Below, one piece after another: positions 27,435-39,497 of a DNA stretch of 64,000 nt. The notes below the pieces were generated by a model. The model saw only the letters and a program-made list of their open reading frames with translations. It did no database searches and had not been told where the DNA came from. Origin of the DNA: Heterodontus francisci (lineage: Eukaryota); the NCBI RefSeq assembly GCF_036365525.1, contig NC_090378.1, positions 118,467,593 to 118,531,592 on the forward strand. The letters are read 5' to 3'. A program made the position numbers and the translations under genes. Position 1 is the stretch's first letter; each line of letters starts with the position of its first letter.

Positions 27435-28370
27435 CAGAAATGACGGGCCGATTGGGTTTTATTCATGTGCTCTACAATTACTGAGGACTGTGGATTATGA
27501 TTTATGTGCTATTTCCCTTCAATATCCAGCAGTTTCAAAGTCACTGGCATTCCCTTTCCAGTAAAGTGTCTTTCCTGATCTGATCCCATGATCCGTGGTA
27601 GTCACCTTCTGGAGAATATCTCCTTCACCAGGATTTTCGAGATACTTCAGTGGGTAGCTGCGTTACATGGAACTGCCTCAACCCATTTGGTGAAGTTATC
27701 AACCAGAATAAACAGTATTTATTCCCACTGCTGGAAGTTGGAAGAGATTCTATCAAATCTATATGCACACTGCCAAGGTCCTTCTAATCTTTGGGTGTGC
27801 CCCAAAGGTGCCTTTCTCCTCTGTAGGTCTGGATTATTGGCTGCACAAATCAACAATTATGAAAAAATCCTCCACATCCTCTGTCTGATGAGGCCACCAT
27901 CCCACCACATTCACTCTTTTCCATGTTCCCTCTGCACTAGGATGTCCTGCTCCTGGTCCCTCCATGTACTAATCAGAGAAAATCTTCCCTCTGGGTTGTA
28001 GGCACCACCCACTTGTCATTTTTAAATAACATCCCTTCTTTAATTCCCATTTCAGCTCTTCCACAGGGTCTCTCAACAGTCTCCTCCTTTTCTAGTTTGT
28101 TTAACACCTCCCTGAGTGCTGGATCCAACTTTTTCACTTCTATAAGATCACTCACTCTCACTGGCTCAACCACTGCCATCATTGCTATTTCTCCCACTTC
28201 TTCCATGGGATCCCAAGACTCTCCTCCTATAGCGCCTTTCTTTGCTAGTATGTCTTCTTTCTCGTTTCCTCCCCATCTCACCTCTGTCTTAGCATGAGCC
28301 TTCATTTTGTGTATATAATAGTCATATTTCACCTCATTGTTCCTGATCACCTGCAGCACCGTCTTCAGCG
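27435..28370 (-). mobile_element. Retrovirus-like pol remnant (RNase H end plus integrase)
   Basis: KMKAH..GNEKEDILAKKGA (retroviral-type RNase H); H..GH zinc-binding region; ILVDNFTKWVEAVP, LPRIMGSDQ..HFTG, PQSSG; frameshifted. Confidence 0.7.
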
Positions 28371-28373
28371 TAG

Positions 28374-28720
28374 TGTAACAAGAATTTTACTTTTTGTACT
28401 CAGAACTTAGAATTCTGTGTGTTTTAAAAACTGAGAAAAGGACTTTCACTCAGTGGACATTGACCTGCAAATAGCTGAATTTTTTGGATGTTGACTCTGT
28501 ACAAAAGAACTGGGAAGCAGACAGTTTCAAGGAAACAGCAAGGGGTTTTGACCTGCTCAGAGCAACACTTTGAATGACTGGAGAGACTGTCTTGTCATGT
28601 GATTGGTTCAGGAAGGTTTGCTTTCACTTTTGACACTTTTTAAAACCAATGAGTTGGACAAAGAGCAAGCATTTTTGGAATTTGGCTGTGACCTGCCTGG
28701 AGAGAGAGAAAGACCCGCTG
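28374..28720. mobile_element. Possible partial LTR
   Basis: Begins TGTAACA; non-coding; truncated by a CR1 fragment. No second terminus seen. Confidence 0.3.
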
Positions 28721-28729
28721 TGTAGAAGA

Positions 28730-28950
28730 ATAGGACACCAATTTAAGGAGGTTGGTAAAGGAACCAATGATGACATGAGGAAAAACTGTTTTACCCAGAG
28801 AGTGGTCAGGATCTGGAATGAACTGTCTGAGAGTATGGTGGAGGCTGATTCAAACGGGGCTTTCAGAAGGGGATTGGATAAACACCTGAAGAGAAACGAT
28901 TTGCAGGGCTATGGGGAAAAGGCAGGGGAGTGGGATGAGTTGAGTTGCTT
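28730..28950 (+). mobile_element. CR1-clade 3' fragment
   Basis: GHQFKEVG..FTQRVVRIWNELSE..FRRGLDKHL. Confidence 0.8.
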
Positions 28951-28952
28951 TT

Positions 28953-30080
28953 ATTTCATTCGTTCATGGGATGTGGGTGCCGCTGGCCAGGCCAGCATTT
29001 ATTGATCATCTCTAATTGCCCTTGAGAAGGTGGTGGTGAGCTGCCTTCTTGAACCACTGCAGTCCATTTGGGGTAGGTACACCCACAGTGGTGTTAGGAA
29101 GGGAGTTACAGGTTTTTGACCCTCCATCAGTGAAGGAACGGCGATACAGTTCCAAATCAGGATGGTGTGTGACTTGGAGGGGAACTTGCAGGTGGTGGTA
29201 TTCCCATGGATTTGCTGCCCTTGTCCTTCCAGTTGGTAGAGGTCGCGGATTTGGAAGGTGCTGTCTAAGGAGCCTTGGTGCATTGCTGCAGTGCATCTTG
29301 TAGATGGTACACACTGCTGTCACTGTGCTTCAGTGATGGAGGGCATGAATGTTTGTGGATGAGGTGCCAATCAAGAAGCTGCGTTGTCCTGGATGGTGTC
29401 GAGCTTCTTGAGTGTTGTTGGAACTGCACCCATTCAGGCAAGTGGAGGGTATTCCATCACACTCCTGCCTTGTGCCTTATGGGCAGGCTTTGGGGAGTCA
29501 GGAGGTGCGTTACTCACTGCAGGATTCCTAGCCTCTGACCTGCTCTTGTAGCCACGGTATTTATATGGCTACTTCAGTTAAGTTTCTGGTCAATGGTAAC
29601 TCCCAGGATGTTGATAGTGAGGGATTCAGCGATTGTAATGCCATTGAATGTTGGTTGGATTCTTCTTGTTGGAGATGGTCATTGCCTGGCACTTGTGTGG
29701 CGCGAATGTTACTTGCCACTGATCAGCCCAAGCCTGGATATTGTCCAGGTCTTGCTGCATTTCTACATGGACTGCTTCAGTATCTGAGGAGTTATGAATG
29801 AAACTGAACATTGTGCAATTATCAATGAACATCCCCACTTCTGATCTTATGATTGAAGGAAGCTCTTTGATGAAGCAGCTGAAGATGGATGAACCTGGGA
29901 CACTACCCTGAGGAACTCCTGCAGTGATGTCCTGGAGATGAGATGACTGACCACCAACAACAACAGCCATCTTCTGTTATGCTCGGTATGACTCCAACCA
30001 GCGGAGAGATTTCCCCGATTCCCCTTGACTCCAGTTTTACTGGGGCTCCTTGATGCCGTACCCAGTCAAATGCTGTCTTT
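28953..30080 (-). mobile_element. Second-family CR1-like LINE 3' part
   Basis: AGVPQGSV..IFSCFI..QQDLDNIQAWADQWQVTF; YKMHCSNAPRLLRQHLPNPRP; same family as 35040-35390 and 45535-46375. Confidence 0.85.
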
Positions 30081-31001
30081 ATGCCTTTTGGAAAAAGCTG
30101 GCACAGATATGACAGGCCGAATGGCCTCCTTCTGTGTTGCAACCATTCAATGAGCCTATGATTCTCACAGCCATTGTGGGATTTGAACTCCCACACTTTG
30201 GATTATTAGTCCACTGGATTCCTAGTTGAGTATCATATCCACTTCATCACCGTACCCATAACAAAGATCAAATTACAGAATGAGAGACAGGTTTAGTTTT
30301 AAATGAACAAAACATGAGACTGCAATGCATTCTGTGTATAACTGGGGACTGAACAAAAAAGTGGTGTATGGGCTGTTCCTGGTTTGAGGAAGAAACTTGT
30401 AAATTTTCCAAGTTTCTATCCCAGTTTTCCCTGTCCCCTGTGGACTGTAAGCACTGGGAGGTTGTGTTCTGTCAGTGAGAGTGCTGTAGACATGGAACTT
30501 GCTTTTTGTCTGCACCTTTCTGTGACTTTTCAGCTCATTGCTAAGTCTGAGACCTGGAATCTTGTCCTGTTACACTATTGTGGAATTTATACAGAGTTCC
30601 AGTGGCCGACAATTGTGCCTTAAAACTGGAAAGTAATTCCATCGCTGAACCTCCTAACATTGAATCTGACTGATGCTGGTTCTGATGTACAATCAGACTC
30701 ACCAATTCCAACTCTCAGAAGACACAACAATCAGAGAAAGGTCTCGGTCACAACTTCCAAACTCACTGTTCTCCAGTAAACAGAGCTCCTTTCCTTAATG
30801 GACATTGTGAATGCTCAATGGCCAACAAGGACATGGGAGCAACCAACATACCAGGATGTATTGTTACCCAGTGGTGCAGTGTACTTCACATGGGAGAACA
30901 GCACAGAGTCAAAGAGCTGGACATTTCACCATGAATCTTCTAGAGACAGACAACATTGTAATTTGTGTGGAATACTATGTGAAGTTTAACTTTGGGAGAA
31001 A

Positions 31002-32237
31002 GTCCAGATGGAGCTGCCCTGGGACAGAACACAATGTCCAGATGGAGCTGCCCTGGGGGAGAACACAATGTCAAGATGAAGCTGCCCTGGGGGAGAACAC
31101 AATGTCCAGATGGAGCTGCCCTGGGACGGAACACAATGTCCAGATGGAGCTGCCCTGGGACAGAACACAATGTCCAGATGGAGCTGCCCTGGGACAGAAC
31201 ACAATGTCAAGATGAAGCTGCCCTGGGGGAGAACACAATGTCCAGATGGAAATGCCCTGGGGGAGAACACAATGTCCAGATGGAGCTGTCCTGGGACAGA
31301 ACACAATGTCCAGATGGAGCTGCCCTGGGACAGAACACAATGTCCAGATGGAGCTGCCCTGGGGGAGAACACAATGTCCAGATGGAGCTGCCCTGGGACA
31401 GAACACAATGTCCAGATGGAGCTGCACTGGGGGAGAACACAATGTCAAGATGAAGCTGCCCTGGGGGAGAACACAATGTCCAGATGGAGCTGCCCTGGGA
31501 CGGAACACAATGTCCAGATGGAGCTGCTATGGGACAGAACACAATGTCCAGATGGAGCTGCCCTCGGACAGAACACAATGTCCAGATGGAGCTGCCCTGG
31601 GACAGAACACAATGTCCAGATGGAGCTGCCCTGGGACAGAACACAATGTCCAGATGGAGCTGCCCTGGGACAGAACACAATGTCCAGATGGAGCTGCCCT
31701 GGGGAAGAACACAATGTCCAGATGGAGCTGCCCTGGGACAGAACACAATGTCCAGATGGGGCTGTCCTGGGGAAGAACACAATGTCCAGATGGAGCTGCC
31801 CTGGGACAGAACACAATGTCCAGATGGAGCTGTCCTGGGACAGAACACAATGTCCAGATGGAGCTGTCCTGGGGAAGAACACAATGTCCAGATGAAGCTG
31901 CCCTGGGACAGAACACAATGTCCAGATGGAGCTGTCCTGGGGAAGAACACAATGTCCAGATGGAGCTGCTCTGGGACAGAACACAATGTCCAGATGGAGC
32001 TGCTCTGGGACAGAACACAATGTCTAGATGGAGCTGCCCTGGGGAAGAACACAATGTCCAGATGGAGCTGCCCTGGGACAGAACACAATGTCCAGATGGA
32101 GCTGCCCTGGGACAGAACACAATGTCCAGATGGAGCTGCCCTGGGACAGAACACAATGTCCAGATGGAGCTGCCCTGGGACAGAACACAATGTCCAGATG
32201 GAGCTGCCCTGGGGAAGAACACAATGTCCAGATGGAC
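31002..32237. repeat. 34-bp minisatellite (GTCCAGATGGAGCTGCCCTGGGACAGAACACAAT), ~36 copies
   Basis: Unit read directly; highly homogeneous copies. Confidence 0.97.
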
Positions 32238-32239
32238 CT

Positions 32240-34990
32240 GGCCCAGTGGCAGGTGTACAAAGAGAAGAAGGGCGCGCTGAGGGACCTGCAGCTCGTAGAG
32301 TCCGAGGCGTGTACATGAGGTCGTGGATCCAGATACTGGAAGATTTGGACCACGCATGACCCTTCTTCTACTCGCTGGAAAAATGGCAGGGCGTCATTAA
32401 GCAGCTTGTTGAGCTGCTGTCTGATGACGGATCTTCCATCACGAATCCGGAGGGAATGGGCCTCCTGGTCCGCACCTATTACAGTGTGTTATTCTCTCCG
32501 GATCCATCCAACGACGATGCAAGCAGAGTTTTGTGGGAGGACCTGCCGCAGGTCAGCCCGGACGGTGCCAAAGGATTGGAGACCCCTCTCACGTTGGTGC
32601 CCTGCACCAGCTCGCGAAGGGCAACTCCCTGGGGCTGGATGGGCTGACCGTGGAGTTCCTCAGGATGTTCTGGGACATCCTGGGGGACGATTATGCATGG
32701 GTTCTGGGGGACGATTACGTGTGGGTGTTGGTGGAAATGCAGGCGACCGGCGAGATGCCCCTCTCGTGGTGCAGGTCGGTCATCGTCCTGCTGCTGAAGA
32801 GGCGCAATCTCCACTTGCTTAAAGTCCGGTCTCCGTCCTCAGTACCAGCCTGGGCTCTGTGCTGGCTCACATGATCCACCCCGACCAGTTCTACAATATT
32901 CCGGGCCGGTCCATCCAGGACAACATCCTCCTCGTCCGAGACCTGATCCAGCTTTTCCAGAGGATTGCTCTGTTGATCGCCTTTCTCTCCCTTGATCAGG
33001 AGAAGGCGTTCGACAGGGTGGATCAAGAATACCTTTTCAGGACTCTGCACGCATTCAGATTTGGGCCGCATTTTGTGGCCCGGGTACGACTTTTATACGT
33101 CGCTGCACAGTGTCTAGTCAAAGTTAACTGGTCCTTGACGGCGCCCCTTCGCTTTGGGAGAGGAGTGCGCCAGGGATGCCTCATTTCCAGCCAATTGTAC
33201 ACCATCTGTGTGGAGCCATTCCTTTGCTTGCTTCACAGGAGGTTGAAGGGCTGGCCATGCGGGTTGTCCTCTTGGCTTACGCCGATGACGTGCTCCTCAC
33301 GATCATAGGTCCCATTGACTTGCGGAGGATGCGTGACTGCCGGCAGACCTTTCCCACGTCCTCCCCAAGGATCAGTTGGGAGAAATATTCCAGATTCCTG
33401 GTGGGTCAGTGGCAGGTCGACTCACTGCCGGAGGAGTTGACACCTTTTGCGTGGAGCACCATGCACCTCCTCTATCTGGGACTCCAACTTAGCCCCGCTG
33501 AGGAAGCCTGGCCGGCAAAGTGGCAGGAATTGGAGGCGAAAGTCACCAGTTGGCTGGGGCGCTGGACAGGACTGCTCCGAGTGCTTTCCGACAGGGGCCG
33601 TGCGCTGGTCATAAACCAACTGGTGGCCTTGATGCTGTGGTATGGTTGGCCATTTTGGCTCCGCCCCCTGCATTTGCCACCAAGATCCAGAAGAAGCTTG
33701 TCGATTTCTTCTGGGGCAAGAGGAAACACTGGGTCTCTGCTGCGGTCCTGAGTCTCCCAATTGAGGAGGGCGGCCAGTCGCTGGCGTGCTTCCGGACCCA
33801 GGCTGTGAAGCTCCACCTTCAAACCCTGTACGCGGAGCTGCCTCCCAGATGGGGTGTGCTGCCAAGGGCACTGCCTTCAAGACAACACGCAGCTCCCAGT
33901 GGAGAACGTTAGCTGTGCCTCTCTGAGGGAGTTGCCTGTCTTTTACCGGGATCTATTCAGAGTCTGGAACATGGTCGCCTCCAGTCAGCGCGTTCCCTCG
34001 TTGGCGGAGGGGAACGCCTCGGCTGTCCTGGTGGCCAGCTCCGGCGACGGACCAATGGGTGAAGGAATAGCTGAAGCCTCTGGGACGCCCCTCATTGCAG
34101 GTTGCGAAGGGACACGGGAGAGCGAAGCGTTCCCAGCAGAACTGAGCCCCATTCGGCGGAACTGCTCATCGGACCCAGGCCCCAAAACCATCCTCGGGAG
34201 CCGGTCGCGCACAAACCAAGCCGCTTCTTGGAAATGCCCTCTGTGCCATTCCAATCGGCATGGAGGTGTTTCCTGTACAGGCTATTCCTGCACACTCTCT
34301 ACTTCCTTGCCCTCGTCAGCGGGCCGGACACGGCCTGGCAGTCCGTGTTGACATCTGGCAGCGAGGGGAAACCACAGTGGGGGTCTCTCTAAGCAGGAGT
34401 CTTCCCCATTTACATTAGGGACCTGGGGTGGAGGGTGCTGCACAGGGCAGTCCCATGCACTAGTCTTTTAAGTAGGTTCACGGACCCCCAGGCCGCCTGT
34501 AATTTCTGCAGCCTGGACAAGTTTGTGTTCCATGTTTATATGGAATGTGCTAGGTTGCTGCCCCTCTTTGAGTATTTGAAGGGGCTGCTCCTCAAGTTTT
34601 GGCTGCACTTCAGTCCCACGCTCCTGATCTTTGGCCACCCGGGGCGGAGGGGCGTGGGCCGGGGGAAGGATCTCCTCATCGGTCTGCTCCTGGGCCTGGC
34701 CAAGGTGGCAATTCACAGGTCCAGGCTGCGGACCGTCAGGGGGTCCATCCGCCCTGATTGCCTGCTCCTCTTCCCAGGTTATGTTCTCGCCTGGGTGTCC
34801 CTGCAGAAGGAGCATGCGGTGTCCGCGGGTTCGATCGAGGCCTTCTGCGACCGGTGGTCATCGCAGGGGCTGGAGTGCATCATCAATGCTGAGAATGGCA
34901 TTTTAATCAGATTTTTGTTCTATTTATCTGTTTTTAATAAAGTTATTTTATAAAATGCATTTTAAAGGGGACCTGAGGAATAAAGGCCCC
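32240..34990 (+). mobile_element. Degenerate Tx1-clade LINE ORF2
   Basis: GLDGLTVEF, PGRSIQDNILLVRDL, LSLDQEKAFDRV, GVRQGC, AYADDV, C-terminal CNFC..HVYMEC; AT-rich 3' end with AATAAA. Confidence 0.88.
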
Positions 34991-35039
34991 CTCAGCAAAA
35001 TAAAAGGGGCCTGGGGTATAAAGGCTTCCTTCCAAATAA

Positions 35040-35390
35040 ACAAGATGCACTGCAGCAACGCACCAAGTCTCCTTAGACAGAACCTTCCAAACCCACGACC
35101 TCTACCACCAAGAAGGACAAGGGCAGCAAATACATGGGAACAGCACCACCTGTAATTTCCCCTCCAATCCACACACCATCCTGACCTGGAAGTATATTGC
35201 TGTTCCTTCACTGTCACTGGGTCAAAATCCTGGAACTCCCTTCCTAACAGCTCTGTGGGTTCACCTGCACCACACGGACTGCAGCAGTTCAAGAAGGCAG
35301 CTCACCACCACCTTCTCACGGGCAATTAGGGATGGGCAATAAATGCTGGCCTGGCCAGCGGCACCCACATCCCAAGAAAGAATTTTAAAA
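35040..35390 (+). mobile_element. Second-family CR1-like LINE 3' end
   Basis: KMHCSNAPSLLRQNLPNPRP; ends GGCAATAAATGCTGGCCTGGCCAGCG..CACATCCC. Confidence 0.85.
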
Positions 35391-36649
35391 ATGTAGATCA
35401 AAGCAGATTCCAACAACAGGCCCGAGGGGCTGAATGGCCTCCTTCAGTGTTGTGTGATTCTCGGATTCGATGGTAAAAGCTGATGACATTAATGGAAAGT
35501 AGTGACAGAAAAATTACAACATCGATCAGGTAAATATTCCTGACTCAGAGGGGAATATGTTTGGAATAATAAGGAAAACAAGGAAACAGAGGGAAAACCG
35601 TTGGAATTATTCAGATTACAGTTTGGAGCCATGATGAGAGAGATAAAGTAGCCAAGGGAAAGCTTCACTGGGAGAGTTCAGGTATCAGAGGTTCGGGCTT
35701 TCCACAGGTAATGACCCCCTCGCTCTCAAAATCATCATCATCACCATCTCCTCAAAAAATCCACACTCAACCAATGTGTCCTTGTAAACTACCCCATCAC
35801 TAATCTCCCTTTCCTCTCCAAAGTGTGAATGTATTTTTGCCTCATTACTCTGTGCCCATTTTCCCCAGACTTCCCTCTTTGAATCTGTCCAATCAGGTGG
35901 ATGGGGCTGGATTTTCATATCGGGGGCAGGAAATGGACGTCGGGACTGTTTCCGGGTCCCAAACCCGTCCCTGGGGGGGAAACAGAAATGAGTTCCGGGT
36001 TTCACAGTGGTGACCAGTTAATTAATGCAGGAACGGGGGTTTTGGGGGGCAGCTCAAGTGTGAGTCCAATTTAAACTCACCACGGCAGCCATTCCTGTGG
36101 CCGCTGTTTGAGTGCTCATACTGCAGAGTGGGAGAACACAGAGCACTTGATTTACATAATGGTCCAGCAAAGCCAGAGGCCTGGCTGCCTTCCCGCTGGT
36201 CACATGGCCACCCAATTGTCTGTGGCAGCCTCGCCCCCTGTTCTTCTGCCCTCACGATGCCAAGAGGGTGACGATCCTCTCCACTGCCCAATCACTCACA
36301 GCCCACTCCAGCCCAATGGAGAGTGATGTCCTCGGGACTTAGTGAGGTTCAGCCGAGTTTAGGATGAGATATGTGAGACTGAGACTGCAGGCTGTTAAAC
36401 ACAAAGGCTTCTTCTTTATTCTGTTTTATTTCCACTTTCCCTTTGCTAGCCTGTGTGTTCTACAGTGGCTTCAAGTTAACAAAATGTACAATGCAATTTC
36501 AAAACACTGCAACACGACATTCCTCCCCTTCTCAGTAAATGAGAGATGTAGTATGTGTCAATGGTTTGTTTCCAAAAATGTAAAGTATAAACTTACACAT
36601 AAATAGTTCACTTCGTTAGATAGTCACCTATGTATGATGGGCATTTTCT

Positions 36650-37842
36650 CTCACAAGTAGGATATTGTCTGACATCAGGTGAAGTCTCATTTAACTCATG
36701 TTCTTCATCGGAGGTGTTGATGCTGAAATCGGATTCAATGTTTACGAGAGGTGTTTTCAGTGTTTGAAGAATGACACGTTTCTTGTGATAATTTGTGAAT
36801 CGTGCTCAGCAGTGATCATTGATCCTTTTGTGTTGGTCACAACAAATGGTTGGATGTTATAAGGGGTTGTTTGTTTTCCAACATGACCATCCCGTTTCAC
36901 AAGTACTTTATCTCCTGGCTTTAATGGTGTAGCTCGAAGTTTCATGTTTCGTTCTGCATTTACCTTCAATCTATCCTTCTGATATCGATCGTGTTGATGT
37001 ATATGTTGATCATTAGCTCCGTAGGGTAATTGAGGAAGACGTGTGCACAGAGGATGTGTAAAGATGAGAGTGACTGGAGGTTTTCCAGTAGTTGAGTGAG
37101 GAGTCACTCTGTAATTATGAAGAAAGTGATATAACTCTTGCTCCCATGACTTGTTCACAGCTGTAGCTGTACGTATCATTATTTTCAAGGTTCACATAAA
37201 TGTCTCGACTTCTCCATTAGCTCTTGGCCAATGGGGTGTGATTTCCCTATGAGTGAACACTAGGTAGTTTGTGAATTTACTGAACTCATTGCTGTTGAAT
37301 GGGGGTTCATTGTCACTTCTTACTGTTTGAGGGATTCCAAACAAGGTAAAGATCTGGTCAAGCTTTGGAATCACTGCTTTTGTTGGAGTTGACTTAACTA
37401 ATTCCACGATTGGGAATCTGCTGTAGTCGTCAGTGACAACAAGCAGGTGTTCACCTGTGGGTAAATCTGTGAAATCAACACTGACACAATCCCTGGTCCT
37501 GGAGGTAGTTCAGACATCACGAGAGGATCATGAAGATTTGACATTGTGGGTAGTTGACATGGTAAACACTGATTGATTTTATCACTGCCATTCAGTTCAT
37601 TCCTGGAACCCAAACCATTTGCCTAAGGAGTTGTTTGCTAGTGACTATTCCCTGGTGTCCTTTATTAACAACACATTCTCTTAATGAGTGTGAAATGACC
37701 ATACAGTTGTTGTGTAATATGAGATCAGATGTCGTTGTAACAGTGAGCTCATTTCGAACATTGGTGTGAAGATCTTGTAGTGTGTCAGAATTAATCTGTA
37801 GACGTTTCTCGATCACGTCTTTCCAGTTTCGTGATTTGATAG
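36650..37842 (-). mobile_element. Gypsy-type integrase remnant
   Basis: GHQGIV..CLPCQ (HHCC); FGIPQTVRSDNEPPFNS..PHWPRANGEVE; YRVTPHSTTG; frameshifted. Confidence 0.85.
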
Positions 37843-39403
37843 CAGGGATGTCCAACCTTTTCGTGTCAGGGGCCAGATTACAATTTTTACCCTCCAGTAG
37901 GGGGCCAGTGAGAACATTTCGGACGATAAAGGCATTAAAAATGTATCCTTGTATGAAAACTGTAACAAATGTGCATTTTTATGAAGAAGCTTTAAATGAG
38001 AAGTAATTTATTGACTTACTTTCTCATTACTATGTTGAACATTGATTTAGTGACCTACCTGACATTGTTTTTGCTTGCATTAATACTCAATCTCTGCCCA
38101 CACACTTGACGTAGCGATGCAGTGTATTCCAGAATGATGTCCATGTGTCAGAGAGATATTGATCTTTCTTCCTCTCTCCTCTTGCTCTCTGTATCTCTCT
38201 GTCTCTCTTTCCCCCCTCCATCTCTCTCTCCCCCTCTCAGTCCCACCCTCTCCCCTACCTCTGTCTCCCCACTCTCTCTATCAGTCTCCCTCTGTCTGTC
38301 CCACTATCCCCTCTCTCTGTCTCTCTCTCTCCCTCTCTCTCTGCCCCTTCTTTCTCTTACTCCCTGCTCTCTTTCTCTGTTTGTCTCTCATTCCCTCCTC
38401 CTCACTGCCTGCTCCCCAGTCCCTGATCCCTGCTCCCCACCCTCCACTTCCCACTCTCCACTGCCCACTCTCCACTGCCCACTCTCCTCTCCCCACTACC
38501 CACACTCCACTCCCCACTCCACGCTCTCCACTCCCCACTGTCCGTTCTCCACTCCCCACTCCACGCCTCTACTCCCCACTGTCCGTTCTCCATTCCCACT
38601 CCACGCTCTCCACTCCCCACTGTCCTTTCTCCACTCCCCATTCCACGCTCTCCACTCCCCACTGTCCGTTCTCCACTCCACGCTCCCCACTCCCCACTGT
38701 CCGTTCTCCACTCCACGCTCTCCACTCCCCACTGTCCGTTCTCCACTCCCCACTCCACGCTCTCCACTCCCCACTGTCCGTTCTCCACTCCCCACTCCAC
38801 GCTCTCCACTCCCCACTGTCCGTTCTCCACTCCCCACTCCACGCTCTCTACTCCCCACTGTCCGTTCACCACTCCCCACTCCACGCTCTCCACTCCCCAC
38901 TGTCCTTTCTCCACTCCCCATTCCACGCTCTCCACTCCCCACTGTCGGTTCTCCACTCCACGCTCCCCACTCCCCACTGTCCGTTCTCCACTCCACGCTC
39001 TCCACTCCCCACTGTCCGTTCTCCACTCCCCACTCCACGCTCTCCACTCCCCACTGTCCGTTCTCCACTCCCCACTCCACGCTCTCTACTCCCCACTGTC
39101 CGTTCACCACTCCCCACTCCACGCTCTCCACTCCCCACTGTCCGTTCTCCAATCCCCACTCCACGCTCCACTCCTCGCTTTCCACTCCCCGCCCTACAAT
39201 TCCGGCTCCCCTGTCTCTGCTGCCCATTCCCCATCTGTTCATTCTCCATCAATGTGGATTACAGAGACAGGATGTGAATGACACTCTCCCGCTGGGCACA
39301 GCCACGTTGTGTGGGTCTGGGATCCTCACAAAAATAGAGCTGCCCACCGAAGTGCTTTGCAGGGCTGAAGTCAGGCCCGTGGGCCGTATGCTGGAAAACC
39401 ATA
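37843..39403. mobile_element. hAT-Charlie-like non-autonomous element containing a minisatellite
   Basis: Left end CAGGGATGTCCAACCTTTT; right end GGCCCGTGGGCCGTATGCTGGAAAACC (degenerate TIR); TSD not resolved. Confidence 0.55.
38160..39230. repeat. Pyrimidine-rich tract plus 42/35-bp (CCACTCC-based) minisatellite
   Basis: Unit CCACTCCCCACTGTCCGTTCTCCACTCCCCACTCCACGCTCT; 14-aa periodicity in the ORF track. Confidence 0.92.
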
Positions 39404-39497
39404 TTCTAATTCTTCACCTCCAAGTGTCAAAGTAAGGCCTTTTTCCTTGTGACGTCTGTGATAGTGAAACGTGCCATTGCATCTTCAAAACATAGCA

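Noticed and set aside
30986-32359. Overlapping ORFs and a CRISPR-like look of the 34-bp repeat
   Set aside because: Head-to-tail tandem units with no unique spacers, no cas genes and a vertebrate context.
38122-39435. Pro/Ser/His-rich 437-aa ORF
   Set aside because: Low-complexity translation of the pyrimidine-rich minisatellite.
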